From assembly GCF_006345805.1 (NCBI RefSeq), contig NC_043005.1, forward strand, positions 56,668,001-56,732,000: a DNA stretch of 64,000 bases. Direction: 5' to 3'. Below, in pieces: positions 54,608 to 64,000 of this stretch (position 1 is the stretch's first letter; each line of letters starts with the position of its first letter). The stretch is from Octopus sinensis (taxonomy: Eukaryota). A program made the position numbers and the translations under genes. Below the pieces are notes generated by a model. The model saw nothing but the letters and a program-made list of their open reading frames with translations, had not been told where the DNA came from and searched no databases.

Positions 54608-56814
54608 CCAAAAATTTTCTTCTCAATTCATGTATACTTCTGGGGAAATAATTCATGTGGAAGGCTCCGTAAAGTGTGAAAATACATGTGACGCTCTCTA
54701 AGGAAGATTCTTATGGACCAATATATTTTGACTAAATGTGATACATTGTTAGTGAGCAGAAGTGGTTTTTGGTGAAAATGCTTTGCTAATGAGAGAAAAA
54801 GAAATAACAATTTTTCATTTTAATAATGGAAAAGTAACACGTATCAACATAGAAAAATTTTTCCTGGCTGGGAAAAAACTTGGTTGTGAACTAGGGGCTT
54901 TTACACACAGAATCTAAAAATGACATCCATTATTATCACTATGTGTCAAGATTTTAAGGGTACTGGATCCATAGAATTTCATTGTTTTTTTCAATAAAAC
55001 AGCTTTGAGAGCAAGGCATAACATACAACCATATGTAGAAATTGGTTTCCTTCAAAACCAGAATGTTTTCTTAAATTTTCCAATAGAACTAGTAAAAGTT
55101 TTAAAATTTTTACTGACAAATTATATCATTGCTTGTGCCTAATTTCCCATGAATGTCTATTTGGATGATTTCTTGAGTGATGAACCTCAGGGAGATCATG
55201 AGCAAAGTATAGTAATACTTCACCATCATTCATAAGTCGCATTTGCCTTGATACCTTTGTTTTTATGTCCTGCTGGAAATGTTCTCTCTGCTCATCACTT
55301 GCATCACCAAGATTTTCAAGGAATTTATTGTGGTAACCATGGAGATAGTGCTTTATGCTCATATTTGCTCCTAACTTTTGAAAGTTTCCAGCATGTTTGC
55401 TGACAATTTTGGCATAGCTGACTGCTTCTTGTTGTCCAGAAAGCCATTTACAACTATTACAAATAAATTTCATGCTGCTGCTTCAAAGCAATTCATTGAA
55501 TTTATCAAGTTCTCATTTTTATCAATTCTGATGTGAGGCCCATCAAATATTCCAGCATTTATCTTATCACTGCTCAGCCTGGGAAATGTGCTGCAAACAA
55601 ACTGCTCCATAATGCCAAGGTTGAGATGGAGTGGAGGTAGGATGTTTTTCTCCAGTTGAATTAAAAAGCTCTTCAACCACATTAAAAGACCCTGGAACTA
55701 ATATTTGCTATGGCCATTCTTTGATCATCCAATGTTTTTCCTTGGCTGTAAATTTCAGACTAAATTTCCACAGATAAATAATGCATTTTCTGAAAAATGA
55801 GGAAATTGCAAATTTGTTGGGGTTGGGTGTCTTGAAATCTAGATATGATAGTAAAAAATGGATTCCATTTTTAGATTCAACATTTCAAAAACCTTCAAAC
55901 CAAGTTAAATGTCCTGACACAAAATACCTGTTGGATTGTGTAATTAGACTGATAAGTGATTTCAAATGTTTGTCTTGCTCACCTTCATCACAAAGCATTA
56001 GTTGTCCCAGGGATTTAGTAGAAGATAACTGCTTTAACTGATTGAACCAAAAGCTATATGATGAGAAGTGGACTTCTTAACTACACAACCATGCCTGCAC
56101 TTGTTCAAGAGTATTTGGTTCCATGTTCTTTAGTCAAATGCTACAAATTCTGGCTTTGCTTCTTATTCCTGTTTTATTTAAATAAGTACCTGTAATATAA
56201 TGAGGATAATTAAAATGACTGTTATTCCTGACCCTATAAAAATTAAACTTATATTAAGTCAGCAGATATATCATTACAGGGTGATGAATCTGTAGGAAAT
56301 GGCTGGGAGACCAAAAGTTTTAGCAGTTAACCATTCAAAGTCTTCAAACAACAGATTTCCCTTGCCTCAGTTCTGAATTAAAACATTTACACAGTATTTT
56401 TCTCAATTTCTTCTTAATCCATTTATTATAAAGTCAGTCTTGTAAATGGAGACATCGAATCTCAAGAAGCTGCTGTTTGTTTAATAGTTAAACCTGTTAC
56501 AAATTTCTACTTATATTTTTATGTTTATCTCGGGTTATGAATAAAAGTAAATAAATTTGTTTCCCAGTCTCTCTTTATGTTTATCCAAATTAATTCTATC
56601 GTTCTTTATCTCTCACTATTCCCTATCTTGCTCTCTCTCTCACTCTCTCTCTCTCTCTCTCTCTCTCTTTATAACTGTTTCTCTGTTACCCACTCAAGGA
56701 TCTCTTATCTCTTTTGATATTTTTCAGTTTTCTCTTTATCTTTCATTCTCTCTCTCACTTTCTCTTTCTCTCAATGTATAAATGTATGAATGCATACACT
56801 GCATATATATTCAT

Positions 56815-56847
<33 letters not shown>

Positions 56848-59043
56848 GAAATTCTGGGTGAGTACTTGATAATTGTAAGCACCTGTATATACCGTTTGGT
56901 GGTGTAGGTGGTGGAGTAAATTAATCAAAATAAAAACATGATGCCAAGGATTCAGCGGTACATATGTTTCGGGCCTTTATTAGACGGATTTATAACAATG
57001 CATAATGTATGTCTGTGGCCTTCTTTAGCCGCGCACAACAACTTCCACAAGGACATGTATTACATCAAAAAATTCTTGGTTGGGGATGCAAATCCTCCCA
57101 TTCGCGTACGACATAATGCGGCAACAGCATAAAAATGAAGCGTCCATCTCGTTCTTCTCTCATGTAGAATGAGGAAATTTGGATGTTGAAGTAATGTAAA
57201 TAAATTAATAAATAAATATATACATATATAAATATATAAATGTAGACAGACGTGAAGGAACCTGGTAATAAGAGTGAATAGAGATAAGATGGAGGGGCGA
57301 GAATTCAGGACGAAGGATAAAAAATATATTAAAAATATATAAAAAGTGTAAGTAAATAAAAAAAATATAAAAATGTAGAGTGTAAAGATTATAAAGATAT
57401 AAAAAATATAAAAGAATATAAATGAATATAAAGGTATAAAGTTATAAAAATAAAAATAGAAATAAATAATAAAAAAATGTAAAAGAATATAAGGATAAGG
57501 GATAATAGTAGTTACGGACCAAACATGGTGGTCAGGAAAATGACAATTTCTGGTTGTAGAAGTCTGGGGTGTCGTAAATCAACAGGAGCGTCTGGGGACT
57601 TAGTGTATTGTAAATCAGAGATGTTGAGCAGCTTATCTGGTTCTTCGTATTAAGTGGTCATCTTGTACATACGTACCCGCATGGATGCATACACCCATAT
57701 ACACGCGCACATATACGCACGCATACCCAGCTACAAGCATATAAGCATACATACGTACTCACGTGTAAACATATACAGATACACATATACACACACACAC
57801 GCACACATGCGCACATATATATACACACAACAGAATATGCATATATATACACGGACAATAAACATGTACATATATATATACACACACGCACACATACGCA
57901 TATACATATACATATACACATATGCATACATGTATACATATACATATATACACATATACATATACACACATATACTCGCACACATACCCGCAGACGCACA
58001 TATATATATGTGTGCATACATGCACACCCACGTGTGCATACATACACGCATACACACATACACACGGACCCACGCGCATGTATCCACACGCACACACACA
58101 CACACATCTGTGTGTCTATACGTGCGTGTGCGCATACCCTTACATACATATACACAGATGCGCACACATACAGATATAGATATAAGATATTAAAAGATGT
58201 ATAACAAATGTATATAAGAAATCTACAAACGCATGTAAAGAAACGGACCCACGAACTCACGTCTACACGCACACGCACACACATCTGTGTGTCTATACGT
58301 GCGTGTACACATACACTTACGTACACACACACAGACACACGCACATATAGGTATAGCTATAAGATATTAAAAGATGCATAAAAATATGTGTAAACATATG
58401 TATATAAGAAATCTACGAAAGCATGTAAAAAAAATTATTAAAGAAGTATAACGGGGGTGCGCATATCTAGACACAGATATTTACTCATACATACGTATAC
58501 ACATGTATACATATACATACGTACCCGGACACACGTATAATCATAAAGCGGATACATAGATAAGTAAATAAGGAAAAAACTAAAAATAGACATATATAGA
58601 GATATAAAGTGATAAAATAGGGGTAAAAATAGGAGTAAGAATGAGGGTAAGAATAAGAATTAGAAATAAAAATAAGAAATAAAATATAAAAATTAGAATT
58701 AAAATATAAAAATCATAAAAACTATAAAAATTAAAATATAGAATGAAAATAAAAATAAGAATAAAGGATAAAGCAAAATAAAATAGGATAAAATAAAATA
58801 TAAATATAATCGGGTAAAGCTTAACATGAGATGAGGGTAAAAATAAAAGGTGGTTGAAAGTGTAAAGTTAAAGGTGTGTGCTAAATGTGACCACGTAGGG
58901 GCGGGCGGGGGGAACTGAAAATTGGAAGGGTGGGAAGCGGAGTTTGGTGGTGTACGCTCAACATCAGAGTTAGAAATGGGAAAAAGTATAGATATAGGGA
59001 AAGAAAAACTAGATAGGAAGAATGTAGGTGTAGAAGAAATATA
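54608..59043 (+). repeat. ~4.4-kb direct duplicate of ~48721-53197, including a frameshifted 3' part of the fucosyltransferase exon; probable assembly artefact
   Basis: Nearly identical, differing mainly by 1-2-bp homopolymer indels, and adjacent to a gap. Confidence 0.9.
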
Positions 59044-59299
59044 TGGTGGCATGTAACAAGCACCCACTACACTCGCGGAATGTTGGCGTTAGGAGGAAGG
59101 GCATCCAGCTGTAGAAACTCTGCCAGATCAGACTGGAGCATGGTGCAGCCCCTGGCTTTCCAGACCCGGTCGAACCATCCAGCCCGTGCTAGCGCGGAAA
59201 ACGGACGTTAAACGATGATGATGATGATGATATATATGTATATATATATATATGTATATATACATGTATGGTGTAATATATATGTATGTGTATATATAT

Positions 59300-59610
59300 G
59301 TGGAGGAGCAATGGCCCAGTGGTTAGGGCAGCGGATTCGCGGTTGTAGGATCGCGGTTTCGATTCCCAGACCGGGCGTTGTGAGTGTTTATTGAGCGAAA
59401 ACCCTAATTCTCCACGAGGCTCCGGCAGGAGGGGTGGCGATCCCTGCTGTACTCTTTCGCCACAACTTTCTCTCACTCTTTCTTCTGTTGGCCTGCTCGC
59501 TTAGCCAGCGGGGTGGCATCATTTGAAGGCTAAAACAATGTGAAGCGCATTGTGTGACAGCGATGTTAACAACATCTGATAGCCTGGTCGGTCACGGTGA
59601 TCACGGTGAT
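59300..59610 (+). mobile_element. tRNA-derived SINE (third family)
   Basis: A box TGGCCCAGTGG, B box GTTTCGATTCC, and a repeated TCACGGTGA tail. Confidence 0.8.
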
Positions 59611-59620
59611 ATATATGTTG

Positions 59621-59719
<99 letters not shown>

Positions 59720-59842
59720 GAAAGCAAAAATTAGATTCAAATGAATATGGTACTTAATTTAGATGCACCAGAATTTGTATGGTGTTATCCATAAAAATCC
59801 GTGGGGTGATTATAATCAAATAAGCAACAAGAATGACTCCGG

Positions 59843-59935
59843 TAATTTGGTTACGATCGTTTCGTACTACATCATTTATTAAATGTTGTAAGTATTACAA
59901 CAGATTTAAAATGCTGAGTACTCATCAGCCAATTA
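59843..59935 (-). ncRNA. Type I hammerhead ribozyme with a long stem II (left arm)
   Basis: UAAUUGG-CUGAUGA-GUACU...AGUAC-GAAA-CGAUCG-UA-ACCAAAUUA; canonical core, with an extra A before stem I. Confidence 0.8.
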
Positions 59936-60596
59936 TTGAGGTTTTTCCATTAATACAAAAATTTTCATATCAAGTGGCAACATTATAGAGAGTGTAGATA
60001 TATAGACAAAGATGTGGATTTAAATTTTAAGAACATTTGAGGTAGTGGAGCCCATCAACTGACTGACTAAGATTTGGCTGTTCCAGACTACTGTAAGGTT
60101 GTGAGAGAAGTTGAGAGACAGCATTGTCACTACTATTTTTTTCCTTTATTCTAACTTGTCAAAGTACTTGGAACTTATAGACCAAAATGTTGTTGGTGTT
60201 GATCATCGGGTTTGTAAGGTCTCTGTACTCTCTGTGAATGTGATTGTGACAACTTGAAATTGATCTAGTTCTCCTAACGCTGAATCTGTTCATCAAATAG
60301 TAGTAATGGCATTTAGTAGTGACAATACTGTCTTTCCACATAAATTCCTTATATGGAGCTCTGAAACCCCCTTTACCCCTTTCTATAATTAGGAAATGTT
60401 GATTGTGTCCTTCCACTTATTCTTCCCTCTCACAACCTTACAGTAGTCTGGAACAACCAAATCTTAGTCAGTCAGTTGATGGGCTCCACTACCTCAAAAG
60501 TTCTTAAAATTTAAATCCACATCTTTGTCTATATATCTACCTTCTCTATAATGTTGCCACATGATATGGAAATTTTGTATTAATGGAAAACCTCTA

Positions 60597-60688
60597 TAAT
60601 TGGCTGATGAGTACTCAGCATTTCAAATCTGTTGTAATACTTACAACATTTAAAAAATGATGTAGTACGAAATGACCGTACCAAATTA
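60597..60688 (+). ncRNA. Type I hammerhead ribozyme with a long stem II (right arm)
   Basis: UUGG-CUGAUGA-GUACU-(48 nt including the hairpin UGUUGUAA-UAC-UUACAACA)-AGUAC-GAAA-UGACCG-UA-CCAA. Confidence 0.82.
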
Positions 60689-60742
60689 CCGGAGTCATTC
60701 TTGTTGCTTATTTTGATTATATATATATATGTATATACATGT

Positions 60743-60779
<37 letters not shown>

Positions 60780-60967
60780 AGTGTATATATGTATGTATAT
60801 ATATTTATATATACATGTATGATGATGATAATAATATATATATATATATATATATATTATTATATATATTATATATATATATATATATATACATTTATAT
60901 ATAATATACTTTATATATATAATATATATATAAATATATATTATATACTTTATATATATATATATAT

Positions 60968-63217
60968 TATATAAAAGGGCTTAGTAAAATAAATTACTTT
61001 GCCGCATACTGAACTCATTAGAAATAGCAGCTAAAAAAACTTTTTTAAACTATTTCCAATACTTAAAGAAAACCTCTCTCATATAGTGTCTGCTCAATTC
61101 AACTCACGAAAGTATGGGGGTAGAGACATTAAAAAATCAAATGCAAAGGTTATTTGAGAACGTACGTTTCAAGATTAGTCAAAATCGACACTTCTATCAT
61201 CAGCTCAGAACTCCCTGGTTTGGATTTGAAAACACTGAAAGTGGGGAGCTACCCTTTCGGCTTGTATCGCTCTGAAGATCTGCTCGAAACTAACAGTGCC
61301 AACAAACTCAAATATGCAAGCGAAGAATTTCTGCTCTCCCCTTTCCACCAGCGTGGTTAAAATCAGTAAACACTATGCTTTTTTCGGTAAAATCCGAGGC
61401 ATTTAAATAGAGAGAGATGAATTATAATTTCAACATTGAGGGTAAAAATTATTAATTAATCATTTCACCAAGTATTCAGTATGCAAAGGACCATTTAAGG
61501 CGAATTCAATTATTACATATATAAAAGGGCTTAGTAAAATAAATTACTTTGCCGCATACTGAACTCATTAGAAATAGCAGCTAAAAAAACTTTTTTAAAC
61601 TATTTCCAATACTTAAAGAAACCTCTCTCATATAGTGTCTGCTCAATTCAACTCACGAAAGTATGGGGTAGAGACATTAAAAAATCAAATGCAAAGGTTA
61701 TTTGAGAACGTACGTTTCAAGATTAGTCCAAATCGACACTTCTATCATCAGCTCAGAACTCCTGGTTTGGATTTGAAAACACTGAAAGTGGGAGCATACC
61801 CTTTCGCTTGTTATCGCTTCTGTAGATCTGCTCGAAACTAACAGTGCCAACAAACTCAAATATGCACTGCTCGAAACTAACAGTGCCAACAAACTCAAAT
61901 ATGCAAGCGAAGAATTTCTGCTCTCCCCTTTCCACCAGCGTGGGTTAAAATCAGTAAACACTATGCTTTTTTCGGTAAAATCCGAGGCATTTAAAGTAAT
62001 TTATTTACTACCCTTTATATAATGTAATAATTTGAATCGCCTTAAATGGTCCCTTTGCATACTGAATACTTGGTGAAATTGATTAATTAATTAATTTTAC
62101 CCTCAATTGTTGAAATATAATTCATCTCTCTACTTTAAATGCCTCGGATTTTTACCGAAAAAAGCATAGTGTTTACTGATTTTAACCCACGCTGGTGGAA
62201 AGGGAGCAGAAATTCTTCGCTTGCATATGAGTTTGTTGGCACTGTTAGTTTCGAGCAGATCTTCAGAGCGATAACAAGCCGAAAGGGTATGCTCCCACTT
62301 TCAGTGTTTTCAAATCCAAACCAGGGAGTTCTGAGCTGATGATAGAAGTGTCGATTTTGACTAATCTTGAAACGTACGTTCTCAAATAACCTTTGCATTT
62401 GATTTTTAATGTCTCTACCCCCATACTTTCGTGAGTTGAATTGAGCAGACACTATATGAGAGAGGTTTTCTTTAAGTATTGGAAATAGTTTTAAAAAAGT
62501 TTTTTTAGCTGCTATTTCTAATGAGTTCAGTATACGGCAAAGTAATTTATTTTACTAACCCTTTATATAATGTAATTTGAATTCGCCTAAATGGTCCCTT
62601 TGCTACTGAATACTTGGTGAAATTGATTAATTAATTAATTTTACCCTCAATTGTTGAAATTATAATTCATCTCTCTCTATTTAAATGCCTCGGATTTTAC
62701 CGAAAAAAACATAGTGTTTACTGATTTTAACCCACGCTGGTGGAAAGGGGAGAGCAGAAATTCTTCGCTTGCATATTTATTTTTGGCAGTGTTAGTTTCG
62801 AGCAGATCTTCAGAAGCGATAACAAGCCGAAAGGGTATGCTCCCACTTTCAGTGTTTTCAAATCCAAACCAGGGAGTTCTGAGCTGATGATAGAAGTGTC
62901 GATTTTGACTAATCTTGAAACGTACGTTCTCAAATAACCTTGCATTTGGATTTTTTAATGTCTCTACCCCCATACTTTCGTGAGTTTGAATTGAGCAGAC
63001 CCTATATGAGAGAGGTTTTCTTTAAGTATTGGAAATAGTTTTAAAAAGTTTTTTTAGCTGCTATTTCTAATGAGTTCAGTATGCGGCAAAGTAATTTATT
63101 TTACTAAGCCCTTTTATTAATGTAATAATTTGAATTCGCCTTAAATGGTCCCTTTGCATACTGAATACTTGGTGAATTGATTAATTAATTAATTTTCCCT
63201 CAATTGTTTGAAATTAT
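60968..63217. repeat. ~550-bp tandem repeat array with an internal orientation switch near 61995
   Basis: Plus-strand units start at ~60971 and ~61521. Reverse-complement units lie at ~62020-62565 and ~62566-63118, plus partials. Each unit has a subterminal inverted repeat GCATACTGAA/TTCAGTATGC. Confidence 0.9.
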
Positions 63218-63399
63218 ATATATAGATATATATATTATTATATATATACATTATATATATATATAACATATATATACATATATACTACATATATATATAT
63301 ATATGTATACATATATATATATATGTATACATATATATACATATATACATACATATATATATATACATATATATATACAATATATCAATATATATATAT

Positions 63400-64000
63400 G
63401 GTGGTGAAGCACGACCCTCGAACTTTAGTCTCACCAAGGAAATGACTAGAGACCGAGACCTTTAAGTATGCTGTGCTTGAGAAGACCGGCCAGAGACAAG
63501 TGAGACCATAACCCATGGCCTCAGTCCACTTATGCATACCTTTCCTTCTTGGGACACAAACTCTACTTGTGATAACTGTTGGGGCAAGTGAAAATCAAAT
63601 CAAAATCAAAAGTCAAAAATCAAAATCGATCAACATGAATGGAAATTGTAGCTGTGATACCAGTGCTGGTGGCACATAAGAGACCATCGAACGTGCCCGT
63701 TGCCAGCGCCGCCCTGACTGGCTTCCATGCCGGTGGCACGTAAAATCCCCATCCAATCGTGGCCGTTGCCAGCCTCGCATGGCCTCCGTGCCGGTGGCAC
63801 GTAAAAAGCACCATCCGATCGTGGCCGTTTGCCAGCCTCGTGTGGCACCTGAGCCAGTGGCACGTAAAAAGCACCCACTACACTCATGGAGTGGTTGGCG
63901 TTAGGAAGGGCATCCAGCCGTAGAAACATTCCAGATCAGACTGGGCCTGGTGCAGCCTTCTGGCTTCCCAGACCCCAGTTGCAACCGTCCAACCCATGCC
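63400..64000 (+). mobile_element. RTE-type 3' region with tandem ~60-bp subrepeats (GCCGGTGGCACGTAAAA), running off the window end
   Basis: Same GGCGTTAGGAAGGGCATCCAGC tail as 36590-37335. Confidence 0.7.

Larger units (their letters stand above)
59810..60720. mobile_element. Fold-back element: ~300-bp inverted arms (59810-60107 and 60427-60720), each with a hammerhead; likely PLE-derived inverted pLTRs
   Basis: The arms are reverse complements with scattered substitutions, separated by a ~320-bp spacer and flanked by (TA)n. Confidence 0.8.

Noticed and set aside
54608-54890. Fucosyltransferase paralogue or pseudogene
   Set aside because: It is part of the indel-rich duplicate beside the gap and is probably an artefact.
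61268-61300. CTGAAGA...GAAA in the 550-bp repeat as a hammerhead
   Set aside because: The intervening TCTGCTC cannot form stem II, and there is no stem I or III.

Overview
This is AT-rich, microsatellite-dense animal DNA, most likely from an octopus; that is inferred from the SINE and RTE repeat content and not verified. Almost all of it is transposable elements: two near-full-length Tx1-clade (L1-like) non-LTR retrotransposons plus fragments, two Penelope-like (RT + GIY-YIG) elements, Helitrons, a mariner, MULE and Chapaev-like remnants, two solo LTRs, an RTE fragment, many tRNA-derived SINEs and several MITEs. There is one convincing host coding exon, a type II membrane fucosyltransferase-like protein at 47856-49004. 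A 100-N gap is followed by a noisy ~4.4 kb duplicate that is probably an assembly artefact. Three signals stand out. (1) A Tx1 element (22190-27492) sits inside the tRNA head of a SINE with a 15-bp target-site duplication (TSD). That SINE family has a 3' tail homologous to the Tx1 3' end (27/34 nt), and a SINE dimer in the window is joined at the same site. This suggests a LINE/SINE pair in which the SINE is both passenger and target. (2) A related Tx1 (2452-8750) is embedded in a (GATA)n microsatellite. (3) Eight hammerhead-ribozyme-like motifs of six different designs were read by eye, including one with a U3-A8 core covariation, one with a very long stem II, and a candidate type II permutation. 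All calls were made by eye; no database searches or folding programs were run.
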